The translations under genes and the position numbers were made by a program. A DNA stretch of 42,865 nt, from contig JAYEMR010000111.1 in NCBI GenBank assembly GCA_034718215.1, positions 1-42,865 on the forward strand, given 5' to 3'. Below are positions 1-9,662 of this stretch, piece by piece (position 1 is the stretch's first letter; each line of letters starts with the position of its first letter). The stretch comes from Chloroflexota bacterium (GTDB lineage: Bacteria > Chloroflexota > Anaerolineae > JAYEMR01). Under the pieces are notes generated by a model. The model was not told where the DNA came from and did no database searches. It saw only the letters and a list, made by a program, of their open reading frames with translations.

Positions 1-320
1 TCATCCACCAACTGCCAATGCTCCTGCAGCAACTTCTCGTCCTGCCATCGGCCTTGGCCGACAAACTGCTGCATAGCCTGAATGTTGCCGCCTTCCAAGG
101 CCATTGCCATCGGCTGAATCGCCTTACCTTCAATGGGCAACATCAGACCTTGCGGATACTTGTGCCCCCAGTGGGCCTGCTCAGTCCGATAGTAGAGATC
201 GGCAAACTCAGCATGGTAGTCTACCAGTTCGTCTGCCAATGCCTCGATCTCCTCCGGCGTCAGGTCCAGCTGTGGTGGCGCTTCATCAATCTCGTCGATC
301 TTAAGTTCGTTGATATCCAT
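1..320 (-). CDS. IS701-family DDE transposase, N-terminal part (runs off the window)
   Basis: Not in the ORF track. Manual translation from ATG at 320: MDINELKIDEIDEAPPQLDLTPEEIEALADELVDYHAEFADLYYRTEQAHWGHKYPQGLMLPIEGKAIQPMAMALEGGNIQAMQQFVGQGRWQDEKLL... This fits the IS701 N-terminal pattern F..R.E....Y..GL....K.I.PMA....QQF...W. Confidence 0.8.
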   Translation of the reverse strand, partial: MDINELKIDEIDEAPPQLDLTPEEIEALADELVDYHAEFADLYYRTEQAHWGHKYPQGLMLPIEGKAIQPMAMALEGGNIQAMQQFVGQGRWQDEKLLQEHWQLVD

Positions 321-376
321 TGTTCCCCTGCCTTTCGCAGGGTATTATACCACAAAAAGTCATGTTGTAGTACTAG
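1..376 (-). mobile_element. IS701-family insertion sequence, left end (CTAG at 373-376 is the putative target duplication)
   Basis: Minus strand reads CTAG-TACTACAAC... just upstream of the transposase, with an extended -10 (TGG-TATAAT, 344-352). The other end is outside the window, so the IR is unverified. Confidence 0.6.
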
Positions 377-402
377 TGTCTTTGCTCCAGTCAGTGTATT
401 GT

Positions 403-1530
403 TCAAAGCTGCAAAGGGTATTGACCATATCTGTGAGCCGCCTTGTATAGGGCTACGATGTTATGGGCCGGGATATCCGGTTGGAGGTGGTTGGCTGGTG
501 CTAGGACATACCCACCTCCCGGGGCGAGGGCCCGTATTCGCTCTCGTACCTCCGCCTCGACGCGAGCTTCATCGCCCTGGAGTGCCTGCTTGATGTCTAT
601 CGCGCCCCAGAAGGTCAACTGGTCTCCGTACTTCTCCTTGATCTGAGCCATATCCACCCCGGGCAGCGGTTCCAGGCAGTGAAAGATATCCACCCCTGCC
701 TCGATTAGGCTGGTGAGAAAAGGCTCCATGCGACCGTCTGAATGGAAGAGGATGTGGCAGTGTGGCGCGGCGGCGTTGACAAGGTCAATGAGCCTCTGCC
801 ACCTGGCCGTGAATACCCTGTCGAACAGGGATGGTGAGATGAGAGGGTCCTGGGCAGCGTAGTCGTCGCCAGGCAGTTCCATAATGTCCAGATACTCGCC
901 GGCTGTGTCCAGATATATCTCTAACAGCCGCTCCAGCACCTTTCCTATCTTGTTGAGCAGCAGAGCTACGAATGCCTCGTCGGTCAGCAGGTCTATCATA
1001 AACTGGGTCGTCCCTCGCATCTGGCAGGCGCGCTCAAAGAGGCCGTAAGAGTCAACAGCACGCCCTACTACAGCATAGTCTGTCTCCGTGTGGAGGGTGC
1101 GAGCCTGTTCGCGCAGCTCGTCGCGCCTTATGAGTCTTTCGACATCAGGCCAGGCATATTCCTCCAGGTCTTCAACTGTTGCCTGGGCAAGAGGATGTCC
1201 TGTCGCCGTTAGGTAGATATCAGCCTGCTCCCAACCCACTCCCCAGGCGTCAAGGCCACCATGAGCCGGCGGCCCACCCAGGTCGGTGAAGCCCAGCCAG
1301 ACGTAGCGCACATCAGTGTCCAGAGCCTCGAGGACGCGGTCATCGTAGTGGTTGACGCTGTGTCCGCGCCGCGATCGGAAGGGTGAGACCGGGGTGCCCA
1401 ATCCCAGGTGGTCAAGGAGCCCATAGTAGAGCGGATCCGTAATCCCATAGGCGCTTCCCCACAGAGCTGTGGGAACTCGATCTGGCTCTTGGTGGCGAAT
1501 GGCCGTCAGCACACGCTCCCGGTGATTCAC
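403..1530 (-). CDS. Uroporphyrinogen decarboxylase / MtaA-CmuA methyltransferase family protein
   Basis: N-terminal RERVLTAIRHQEPDRVP, metal-ligand-like FHSDG, C-terminal GGGYVLAPANHLQPD. Confidence 0.85.
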   Translation of the reverse strand: MNHRERVLTAIRHQEPDRVPTALWGSAYGITDPLYYGLLDHLGLGTPVSPFRSRRGHSVNHYDDRVLEALDTDVRYVWLGFTDLGGPPAHGGLDAWGVGWEQADIYLTATGHPLAQATVEDLEEYAWPDVERLIRRDELREQARTLHTETDYAVVGRAVDSYGLFERACQMRGTTQFMIDLLTDEAFVALLLNKIGKVLERLLEIYLDTAGEYLDIMELPGDDYAAQDPLISPSLFDRVFTARWQRLIDLVNAAAPHCHILFHSDGRMEPFLTSLIEAGVDIFHCLEPLPGVDMAQIKEKYGDQLTFWGAIDIKQALQGDEARVEAEVRERIRALAPGGGYVLAPANHLQPDIPAHNIVALYKAAHRYGQYPLQL

Positions 1531-1536
1531 TGAAGC

Positions 1537-2526
1537 TTATCTCCTCTCTGCCTTGGCTATTTGCTCATCGGCCCAGAGGGCAGCCCCCACCAGGCCAGCG
1601 TCCGTGCCGAGCTGGGCCGGCACGATCTGCACTTGATCTAGGGGTGTCACATGGACGCGCTCGCGCACCGTGCGGCGGATGGGCTCAAAAAGAAGCTCGC
1701 CAGCCTGGGCCACCCCACCCCCAATGATCACCATCTGGGGGCTGAGGATGGTAATCAGATTTGCCACCCCAATGCCAAGGTAGAAGCCAGTTCGCTCGTA
1801 GATGTCCCGTGCGACCGGATCGCCCTCCTTGGCTGCGCGGGCGATGAGCTCGGGGTTCACCTGGTTCAGATCATACTCCACCATCTCGGCGATGCGGGTG
1901 GTGACTCCCTGAGCGATGGCCTTGAGAGCCATGGCAGTGATGGCCGGCCCGCTGGCGAAGGCCTCCAGACAGCCCCGGCTACCACAGCCACAGGGCGGCC
2001 CATAGGGATCGATGATCTGGTGCCCCACCTCACCGGCTGTCCCCCCGATCCCCAGGTGTAGTTGTCCATCGATCACTATCCCCCCACCGATGCCGGTGCC
2101 GACGGCCAGACAGACGATATCGTCCAGATCACGGCCTGCACCGAAGGTCTTCTCGCCCAGGGTGAAGGCCCGCACGTCATTGAGGAGAGAGGTTGGCAGT
2201 CCCACCTTGGCCTCGATGGCCGCTTTGAGGGGCACCTGAGGCCAGGTGCCGGGCAGATTAGGGAGGAAAAGAGTGAGCCCTCGCTCCATGTCCAGCACAC
2301 CGGGTACGCCTATGCCCACCCCGCCGATCTGCTCCCTGGCCAAACCGGCTGCAGCCATGACGGTTTCGATGAGCTCAGCCATACGGGCGATCACCGCCTC
2401 AGGCCCCTCTTTAGCCAGAGTTGAAACCTCATGTCGGCCAAGAACCCGCCCCGACGCTGTGTCCACAGCGGCAGCCGCCAAAGTTTTCCCACCCAGATCA
2501 ACGCCAATGTGGTGGATCAAATCCAT
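1537..2526 (-). CDS. ROK family sugar kinase (glucokinase-like)
   Basis: IGVDLGG, NDV, GTGIGGG, AGEVGH and the CGCGSRGCLE zinc motif; no HTH domain. Confidence 0.9.
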   Translation of the reverse strand: MDLIHHIGVDLGGKTLAAAAVDTASGRVLGRHEVSTLAKEGPEAVIARMAELIETVMAAAGLAREQIGGVGIGVPGVLDMERGLTLFLPNLPGTWPQVPLKAAIEAKVGLPTSLLNDVRAFTLGEKTFGAGRDLDDIVCLAVGTGIGGGIVIDGQLHLGIGGTAGEVGHQIIDPYGPPCGCGSRGCLEAFASGPAITAMALKAIAQGVTTRIAEMVEYDLNQVNPELIARAAKEGDPVARDIYERTGFYLGIGVANLITILSPQMVIIGGGVAQAGELLFEPIRRTVRERVHVTPLDQVQIVPAQLGTDAGLVGAALWADEQIAKAERR

Positions 2527-2624
2527 GGTTTATCCTACGACAGTCTTGGCCGTCCTTCCTCCCCCGGCCGGGACAGGCATCTGCAGACCCTGCACGTAGA
2601 CGTTCACCGCCCTCGCCTTATGTC

Positions 2625-2885
2625 CTAGCCCTGGCCTCGGGGGTGAGGGCAGGCGTTGGAGAGGGTGATCACCATCACCACCTCCCCTTCCCTGCCGGCC
2701 CAATCGAAGGCCTCCCTCAGCGCTCCCATCACCGCCTCCTCCTCGCCCCAGACCACGGTGCTCATCGCCCCGCGCTCCACCTCCAACCCATGCTCATCAA
2801 AGATGCGCCAGGCGGCCCGGATGGCCGGTCCCAGTTCTAGCTGGCGCAGCGGATATAGGCTTACCTGGGCTGAGATCTCAGCCAT
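2625..2885 (-). CDS. YkoF/UPF0045 thiamine-binding-like protein
   Basis: ISAQVSLYPL...GAMSTVVWG...TLSNACP. Confidence 0.8.
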   Translation of the reverse strand: MAEISAQVSLYPLRQLELGPAIRAAWRIFDEHGLEVERGAMSTVVWGEEEAVMGALREAFDWAGREGEVVMVITLSNACPHPRGQG

Positions 2886-3543
2886 TCTCCTCTCCTTTCA
2901 GTTCCAGCAGCATCCCCACGAATCCACCCCAGAGCAGGCGGGCGTCGGCGTTAGGCCAGGGATGATGAAGGAGGGTCGTGCGCCAGACGAGCCCCTGTAG
3001 GCGCACGCCCAGCGCCCTCCGTGCCAGTTGTCTCAGCTCTCCCACGGTGAAGAAATGGGCTTGGTCGTAGATGGTCGGCTCCCGAAGTGACCGCCAGCGC
3101 CGCCTCAGGGCCAGGAGGCTGTAGCGGTTGAGCACCCCCAAAAGCACCCCACGGCGGGCCACTCGGCCCGCCTCAGCCAATAATCGTTCCGGTTGAGCGA
3201 CGAACTCCAAGGTGGTGATGAGAGCCACCACATCAAAAGCGAGGTCGGGGAAGGGCAGCGTCAGGCCATCGCCCACAAGATAGGGACACCGACCTGGGGC
3301 ATTCAGCCGTTGGGCTTGGACCAGCATAGCCGAGGAGAGATCCACCCCCACAGCCCACGAGCCCTCCCCCGCCAGCCAGCGGGTGAAGTGACCAGTGCCG
3401 CATCCCACCTCCAGCGCCGACCTGACCTCGGGCAGCCTCTCAAGAAGTTTGTCCAGGAGCGCCTTCTCCAACCTGTCGGCCCGCCGCCCCTTCGGGGTCT
3501 CGTACCAGGACTCGTATCCCTCGGCGATGGTCTCGAAGTCCAT
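2878..3543 (-). CDS. Class I SAM-dependent methyltransferase
   Basis: LEVGCGTG motif I, GVDLS, LPFPDLAFD. Confidence 0.88.
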   Translation of the reverse strand: MDFETIAEGYESWYETPKGRRADRLEKALLDKLLERLPEVRSALEVGCGTGHFTRWLAGEGSWAVGVDLSSAMLVQAQRLNAPGRCPYLVGDGLTLPFPDLAFDVVALITTLEFVAQPERLLAEAGRVARRGVLLGVLNRYSLLALRRRWRSLREPTIYDQAHFFTVGELRQLARRALGVRLQGLVWRTTLLHHPWPNADARLLWGGFVGMLLELKGEENG

Positions 3544-4254
3544 CTAAGCTTGGAGAGCGCGCTCGCCTAACGCTGCTTCGAGCGCCGCCTGAGCGTGCAG
3601 CCGCGCGGTGTCGAAGAGGGGCAGCTCGCAGTCCTCCTGCTGGATCAGGATTGGAATCTCCGTGCAGCCTAAGATCACCCCCTGGGCACCACGATCCTCT
3701 AACTCGTCTATGATCTCCAGGTATGCCTCTTTCGACTCCCGCTGAATTCGACCGCGGGTCAGCTCCTCGTAGATGATGCGGTTGACCTCCTCCTGCGACT
3801 CCGGCGAGGGCACCAACGCGGTCAGCCCCTGGGCCGCCAGCCGCTGGCGGTAAAATGGATGCTGCATGGTGACCCGAGTGCCCAGCAGGCCCACCTTGGT
3901 CAGCTTCCGGTCCAGGATGGCCTCGGCGGTCACGTCAATGATGTGCAAAAGGGGGGTGGGCGATCCCACCTGGGCGGCCTCAAAGGCGATGTGCATGGTG
4001 TTGGTAGCGATCAGGGCGAAATCAGCTCCAGCATCGTGCAGCCGCCGGGCGGCCTCGCCCAGTGCGGCCCCCGCCTCGTACCAGGCCTCCCTCTCCGTCC
4101 AACTTTGGCAGTCGCCGAAGGGGACGCTATAGATGAGGATGGGCGGATAGTCCAGGTCATCGTAGCGGGCCTGGTAGGCTCGGTGGATGTGCTCGTAATA
4201 GACGATGGTGCTCTCGTGGCTCATTCCGCCGATGATGCCAATCGTCTTACGCAT
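3544..4254 (-). CDS. Aspartate/glutamate racemase family protein (YgeA/RacX-like)
   Basis: KTIGIIGGMS, ATNTMH, ILGCTEI. Start moved to ATG 4254, which follows AGGAGG. Confidence 0.88.
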   Translation of the reverse strand: MRKTIGIIGGMSHESTIVYYEHIHRAYQARYDDLDYPPILIYSVPFGDCQSWTEREAWYEAGAALGEAARRLHDAGADFALIATNTMHIAFEAAQVGSPTPLLHIIDVTAEAILDRKLTKVGLLGTRVTMQHPFYRQRLAAQGLTALVPSPESQEEVNRIIYEELTRGRIQRESKEAYLEIIDELEDRGAQGVILGCTEIPILIQQEDCELPLFDTARLHAQAALEAALGERALQA

Positions 4255-4288
4255 AGAAATCCTCCTTGGCTCCTTCCCGGCTGATCTG

Positions 4289-5026
4289 CTATGCAAGTTT
4301 TGTAAATACGATAAACAAGGCAAGCCCAACACCAGCTAGGAAGGCGAGAGTGGAATGTACTTTTTCGTACCCTCTTGCTTCAGGTAGGAGGTGGGAAGCG
4401 GAAACGTAGAGTAGTACACCAGCAACGAATCCCAGCATCAACCCAAGTTCTGAGCCCTTGATTCCCCTGACAAAAGGATAAACTATAAATGCTCCTATAG
4501 GGGTGGTAAGACCTGCTATTATGAAAGCATATAGTCCGCAGATTCTTTCGTTTATACCCCCTTCCATCAGAACAAGATAAGTTATAACACCTTCAGCGAA
4601 TTCGTGCACCACTAGTCCGGTACCTGCGAGAATACCAGTCAAAACTGAAGCCTGGAAGGTTACTGCATAGACAATCCCATCAACAAAAGAATGAATTCCT
4701 ATCCCTTCTGCTGCTGTAATACCAAACGCTGCCTCCTTTTTACTTGTATAGTGCTTTACCAATCTATTAGAGAAAAACATAAATAAAAAACCAATCAAAG
4801 CAACAAACCCTGCATAAAAGTTTTTCTGTATTGCCTTGGGCAAGGCCAGCATTAAGGGAGTTGAGACCAATATCCCGGCAGCAAAACACATGAAGTAGGT
4901 TTTTGATTTTTCAGCCCACTCTCTATACCTGATAATAGCCCAAATCCCTAAGCTATTTACCAAAGCTGAGGAGATGGCAAACCCCGCTATCCACATAAAA
5001 GTGCTGGAAAATCCAAACATATTCAC
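4289..5026 (-). CDS. ZIP family divalent metal transporter
   Basis: IHSFVDG and VHEFAEG TM4/TM5 motifs, HLLPE, many TM segments. Start is GTG 5026 or ATG 5020 after GGAGGG. Markedly AT-rich. Confidence 0.88.
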   Translation of the reverse strand: MNMFGFSSTFMWIAGFAISSALVNSLGIWAIIRYREWAEKSKTYFMCFAAGILVSTPLMLALPKAIQKNFYAGFVALIGFLFMFFSNRLVKHYTSKKEAAFGITAAEGIGIHSFVDGIVYAVTFQASVLTGILAGTGLVVHEFAEGVITYLVLMEGGINERICGLYAFIIAGLTTPIGAFIVYPFVRGIKGSELGLMLGFVAGVLLYVSASHLLPEARGYEKVHSTLAFLAGVGLALFIVFTKLA

Positions 5027-5082
5027 GATTCCCTCCTTGGCTCTCCTAGCTATCGGGAGAGCGACCACCCATCTTACTCCTA

Positions 5083-5111
5083 TGTATACCACAGCCCGCT
5101 GATATTGTCAA
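5083..5111 (-). promoter_or_regulatory. Sigma70-type promoter for the ZIP-racemase run
   Basis: TTGACA-17 bp-TATACA, with TG of an extended -10. Confidence 0.55.
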
Positions 5112-5216
5112 GCCCCGGAGCACCCGTAGGTCCTCAAGTTCCTAACACCCAAAAGCGTCGAAGCTTTTCGCATTCTCTATCGCCCCCGTTATCTCACAGA
5201 GGGTACCTGCTTGAGC

Positions 5217-6065
5217 CTATGCCCTGCCCGAGGCACCAAAGACATCCAGATAATGCATGCAACGCTCCTGAAAAGCCTCTCTCACCTTGTTGATGATGCT
5301 GAAGTAGGATGCATCCTCAGCTTTGGCCGCCTCGATCATGCGGGCGCCAGCGGTCACGGCCAAGTCAGTGAAGATGTTGACCTTGCAGATGCCCTCAGAG
5401 ATCGCCGCGCGAAATTGCTCATCGGAGAGCCCCGAGCCACCATGCAATACCAGGGGTATATCAACGCGATCTCTGATCTCTTGAAGCAGGTCCAGATCCA
5501 GATTTGGCTCGCCCTCGTATAGGCCGTGGGCCGTGCCGATGGCAACGGCCAGGAAATCCACGCCGGTCTCGGCGACAAAATGCTCCACCGCATCGGGATC
5601 TGTGAATCCCTTGCGCTGTGCGCCAAAGCGCTGATATTCAGTGCCCCGGCCCACGTGGCCCAGCTCCGCCTCAACAGAAGCCCCCATCGCATGCGCGGCC
5701 CGCACGACAAAACGGGTGTTGGCGATATTCTCCTCCAACGGCAACTCGGAACCATCGTACATGACATCCGAGAAGCCGAAAGAGAGCGCTTTCATGCAGT
5801 ATTCAACACTGTGCCCATGGTCCAGCATCAGCGAAACAGGTACTCTCGCCTCCGCGGCCCTGGAGAGGATGTAGCCTACAAATGGTTGGCCATTCGGCCT
5901 ATCCAACGTCCTGGAGCCGACCCCTACTATGCCCGGAGCCTGTTTCTCCTCCAGGGCCGTAAAGATCCCGTCGGTGCCCAACATCTCGAAGGTATCAAAA
6001 AGGGGTAAAGCGTAATGTCCCTGCTGTGCTCTCTTGAGCTCATCCAGAATCGACACTAAAGGCAT
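5217..6065 (-). CDS. Class II fructose/tagatose-bisphosphate aldolase
   Basis: LDHG, VMYDGS, VEAELG, GTAHG, LVLHGGSG. Confidence 0.9.
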   Translation of the reverse strand: MPLVSILDELKRAQQGHYALPLFDTFEMLGTDGIFTALEEKQAPGIVGVGSRTLDRPNGQPFVGYILSRAAEARVPVSLMLDHGHSVEYCMKALSFGFSDVMYDGSELPLEENIANTRFVVRAAHAMGASVEAELGHVGRGTEYQRFGAQRKGFTDPDAVEHFVAETGVDFLAVAIGTAHGLYEGEPNLDLDLLQEIRDRVDIPLVLHGGSGLSDEQFRAAISEGICKVNIFTDLAVTAGARMIEAAKAEDASYFSIINKVREAFQERCMHYLDVFGASGRA

Positions 6066-6156
6066 GTTCAATGACTCCTATTCAAGTTTGGCTCCCCGAA
6101 CAAAGGAGAGCGCTGAGAACGAGTGGACCCAAGTTTTACGCCGCGCCCTCGAAGGT

Positions 6157-7611
6157 TCAGGCGACGATAACCGGCTCGATGTCCAGGAACTTGCAGGCTT
6201 GAGCGAGCGCTTTCGTCTGGTCACCGTGTATCATGCTGGCATGGTGAACGAAGCCCTCCTCGATCAGGGTGCGGTACAGCTTCTCGTGATCCTCGACCTC
6301 GACCCATGACCATGTGCCTGCCAGTTCCTCGTCGGAGGGGATGATCTCCCCCGTGGCGATCAGCATCTTCCACTGGTCGTCGTACTCGACCAAGCGACAG
6401 AAGGTGACCGTGCCCGGCTTGATCTGGAACTGAGCCAGTCCTGCCATGGGGTCATGTTCTTCGATGGGCAGCTCGCCCTTCATATCACGCCGCGAGCGAA
6501 GGGCCGTCTTCTCACGGTCCTGGGCCAGACACAGCGGCGCGTTGCCGCAGTGCCACGCCAGCAGCCAATCGGGGTTCTCTCGGTGCTGGATCGTCCAGTC
6601 GATGAAGTGGGGCACCTTCTCGCCCAACGCAGCCTGGTAGTTGACCAGCATGGCGAGCGCGCCAAGTACGTCGGCCTCACACGCGGTAGGCAGCCCCTTC
6701 TCCGTCAACCGGCCATACACGCTGCACACGGAGATCCCCATGACACGTTGTATCGACGGCCAGCATTGCATCGCCATCGCCGAAAGGTGGTTGGCCTCCC
6801 CGAACTTGGCCAGCGCCAGCTCGAGCTTGGCAGCCTTGAGCAGGTACGCGTCGCTTACAGTGATCTCAGCAAACCCCTCCCTGACCTCGGCGATGATGTC
6901 CTGCACGCGTGTGTCATCGTCCGCGTAGCTCTGTGCTTGATCTGTGATGTCGACCAGGTTACTGTAGATCACATTCTGCCCGAACTTGCGGATCAACGCC
7001 GCCTCGTCATAGCCCACCGTCTCGAACGTCTGCGGGCGCACGCCCACTTGACCGAGCCTTGCTCCCCTGAGCCCCTTCACCACTGCTACCGCGCGCACGA
7101 AGTCCTGCACCTCGTCCTGAAGCTCTGGCTCGTCCGGGAAGAAGAGGCCAGCGTAGTGGAAGGGGATCTTGCGGCGATAGAGACCCGACGCCATGGAAAG
7201 GTTGCCGCAGTAGGAATCCGATACCCGGGCTAGACTGGCATCATCCTGGGCGGGGGGTTCCTTGGTGGCGTACAAAAGCACGGGCACCCCCAGCTTTTCG
7301 GCGATCTTGGACGCTGAGCGCTCGTCGCCAAAGTCCAGAGGACAGAGGATCAAGCCGTCAACTTTCTGGTCTAGAAAGTATTCGGCTACCGCCTCGGCCT
7401 CGTCCAGACCTGAGACCATGCCGTGCGGCGTGAGGCCCCTGTCAGGGTCGACCGTCTCGCCGTCAGGCGCAGGCTGAGGCACGACGACCTTCAACCCCTC
7501 CACCTGGGCGAATGTGGCCAGGCTGTCGTCGCGCATCTTCTGGCACCACGGCGTGTATCGGAAGCGATAGGAGGGCACAAAGCCAATCTTCACCGTTACC
7601 TTATCTGTCAT
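6157..7611 (-). CDS. L-fucose/L-arabinose isomerase family protein
   Basis: DFGDE, DSYCG, QCWP, ACEADVLG, WHCG, GFVHH. Start re-assigned to ATG 7611 after GAGGAG. Confidence 0.85.
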   Translation of the reverse strand: MTDKVTVKIGFVPSYRFRYTPWCQKMRDDSLATFAQVEGLKVVVPQPAPDGETVDPDRGLTPHGMVSGLDEAEAVAEYFLDQKVDGLILCPLDFGDERSASKIAEKLGVPVLLYATKEPPAQDDASLARVSDSYCGNLSMASGLYRRKIPFHYAGLFFPDEPELQDEVQDFVRAVAVVKGLRGARLGQVGVRPQTFETVGYDEAALIRKFGQNVIYSNLVDITDQAQSYADDDTRVQDIIAEVREGFAEITVSDAYLLKAAKLELALAKFGEANHLSAMAMQCWPSIQRVMGISVCSVYGRLTEKGLPTACEADVLGALAMLVNYQAALGEKVPHFIDWTIQHRENPDWLLAWHCGNAPLCLAQDREKTALRSRRDMKGELPIEEHDPMAGLAQFQIKPGTVTFCRLVEYDDQWKMLIATGEIIPSDEELAGTWSWVEVEDHEKLYRTLIEEGFVHHASMIHGDQTKALAQACKFLDIEPVIVA

Positions 7612-7659
7612 GTCACTCTCCTCGTAGATTATGGGCGAATTGCGGCCAATGGTCAACCG

Positions 7660-8505
7660 TCATCCGCCGGCTTCGACAACCTGCTTCATCTTCTCCAGCC
7701 CTGTCTGCGCGACTTCGAGGGCGCCAGCCCTTTGATACGCCTCGTTGAACAGCTCCAGCGACAGCGTGCCGGCGTACTCGATCTCGCGCAGTGCCTCCAT
7801 GATCATGCGATAAGGAGCGAGGCCATCACCGGGATAGACCCGTTCCCTGTCTGTGAGCCGCGTTACATCTTGGGACTCAGGATAGTCATTCAGGTGGATC
7901 AGTCCCAGCTGAGCCCCATCGAGCTTGCGAAGGAGCTCGAAGTTGCTGCCGCCCTTGGCCATGTGAAACACATCTGCCAAAATAGCGGTATCTGGATCAT
8001 CCACCAGGCTCAGGACCTCCATCGCGTCGTCCAGCGAATGCAGGACCTTGGAGTGGCCCCAGAACTCCAGCAGGGGCTTCACCCCGACCTGCTGGGCGAT
8101 CTGCAGCAGATCCCCGTAGCAATCAGCGATGTGGTTCAGCGAGATATCCTCCCGATCCGTGATCCCCATGGGCGGCGCAGCCACGCATGGACAAGCAAGC
8201 TCGCGTGCCATGCGCAGCACCCTTCGAGCCTCCTCAAGCGCTTCCTCGCGCGCATCATCATCCGGATGGGCCCAAGAGAAGAAGGCGATGAGGTTCGGAA
8301 CCTCGAGGCCGTTCTGCTCCAAGGAATTCCTCAGTTCGGCGAGCGTCCCTCCCCCTTCCAGATAGGCTTCAATCTCGGAAACCCACAGCTCGATGCCTTG
8401 ATAGCCAGCTTGGGTCACTACATCGATCTCCCGCAGCACATCAAGTCCACACTCATGAATAGTGCTGGTATTAAGGCAGTATGTGAATCCACCGGGCTTA
8501 CTCAC
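7660..8505 (-). CDS. Sugar phosphate isomerase/epimerase (xylose isomerase-like TIM barrel)
   Basis: LNTSTI, LEFWG, DVFH, HLND, DRERVYPGDG, SLELFN. GTG start after GGAGGA. Confidence 0.85.
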   Translation of the reverse strand: MSKPGGFTYCLNTSTIHECGLDVLREIDVVTQAGYQGIELWVSEIEAYLEGGGTLAELRNSLEQNGLEVPNLIAFFSWAHPDDDAREEALEEARRVLRMARELACPCVAAPPMGITDREDISLNHIADCYGDLLQIAQQVGVKPLLEFWGHSKVLHSLDDAMEVLSLVDDPDTAILADVFHMAKGGSNFELLRKLDGAQLGLIHLNDYPESQDVTRLTDRERVYPGDGLAPYRMIMEALREIEYAGTLSLELFNEAYQRAGALEVAQTGLEKMKQVVEAGG

Positions 8506-8531
8506 TGATCCTCCTCTCCAGGTCATTCGGT

Positions 8532-9581
8532 TCAAATCCTGCAGCTGATCACTTGATCCTCATCCGCTGACTCTGCGGCGGTTTCGATGATCGCCACAGC
8601 CCGCCGCGCCTGCTCTGGTTTGACCACCAGTTCAGCATCTCTCAGCAGGTGATCGGCGATATTCTGATAATAGGCCGGCCAGTTTCCAGGGATGGTCTCA
8701 AAGACCCTGGTTTCCATGCCGGCTTCGGTCTCGATTCTGACCTCCGCCCGTTCGTCGGGCGGCAGAGGCAGGCCCGAATTGACCTGACCTTGATTGAGAG
8801 CTCTCTCCTGTGGATCCAGTCCCAGCTTCCGAAAAGCGCCCCTGGTGCCTCTGACGTACCATCTTGGCCGGGGAAGGGCCGAGATGAAGCCCGTCTCGAC
8901 AAGGTAACGAACGCCGTTGTCGAAAGTCATACAGCAACGCGCTGACGTCTCCACATCAATCTTGGGCTCCGTGTACAGCATGTCGCAGTACACAGACACA
9001 ACTGGTGAGTCGATCAGCTGCAGCGCCTGGTCTATAAGGTGCGCACCCCAGTCGCGGAGGCTGCCGCCCCCATGTCTGCGCTGACTGCGCCAGCGATCAG
9101 GTCGTGGGTGCCTCCAGCCAACCACCCTCGATTCCACCACCAATAGGTCGCCCAGCAGTCCGTCGGCCACTGCCCGTTTAAGCGTCAGGTACCCACAATC
9201 CCAGCGTCGATTGTGGAAGACGCTCAGCATACGCCCATTGCGGCGAGAAGCTTCTATCATGCTGTCCGCTTCCGACGTGTCCAGACACATGATCTTCTCG
9301 CTCACGACGTGCTTGCCGGCGTCGAGGCAGTGGATCGCCAGCTCCTTGTGGGTATCGTGAGGCGTTGCTAGGACGACGAGTTGGACCTCGTCGTCCTTCA
9401 GGAGTTCGTCGAGTGACGGATAGGTCTTGACATCCAGGTCCTGCGCCGCCTGTTGACGACGCTGAGGATCCCGCGTCGAAACCGCATAGAGTTCCAATCC
9501 CTCAGTAGCCCCAATCAGCTGGGCATGGAACACACGCCCAGCGTAGCCGTATCCAACTATTGCCGTCTTGATGCTCTGCAT
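8532..9581 (-). CDS. Gfo/Idh/MocA oxidoreductase (IolW/YdgJ-like)
   Basis: GYGYAGRVFH, EK motif, FHNRRWD, DWGAHLID. Confidence 0.88.
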   Translation of the reverse strand: MQSIKTAIVGYGYAGRVFHAQLIGATEGLELYAVSTRDPQRRQQAAQDLDVKTYPSLDELLKDDEVQLVVLATPHDTHKELAIHCLDAGKHVVSEKIMCLDTSEADSMIEASRRNGRMLSVFHNRRWDCGYLTLKRAVADGLLGDLLVVESRVVGWRHPRPDRWRSQRRHGGGSLRDWGAHLIDQALQLIDSPVVSVYCDMLYTEPKIDVETSARCCMTFDNGVRYLVETGFISALPRPRWYVRGTRGAFRKLGLDPQERALNQGQVNSGLPLPPDERAEVRIETEAGMETRVFETIPGNWPAYYQNIADHLLRDAELVVKPEQARRAVAIIETAAESADEDQVISCRI

Positions 9582-9662
9582 TATTCACCTCCTCACATAA
9601 CCCAGGAGAGCCGAGCCCACCGCCGAGTACGGCGAAAACGCTCAACTCTATCAGAGGTTCAG

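Noticed and set aside
18-593. 191-aa plus-strand ORF
   Set aside because: Antisense to the IS701 transposase and the UROD-like gene.
403-1530. hemE assignment
   Set aside because: No RQAGR motif; looks like the broader MtaA/CmuA-like UROD family.
2530-2624. 25-codon ORF and a GGGACAGGC half-element upstream of the ROK gene
   Set aside because: No complete palindrome and no recognisable peptide.
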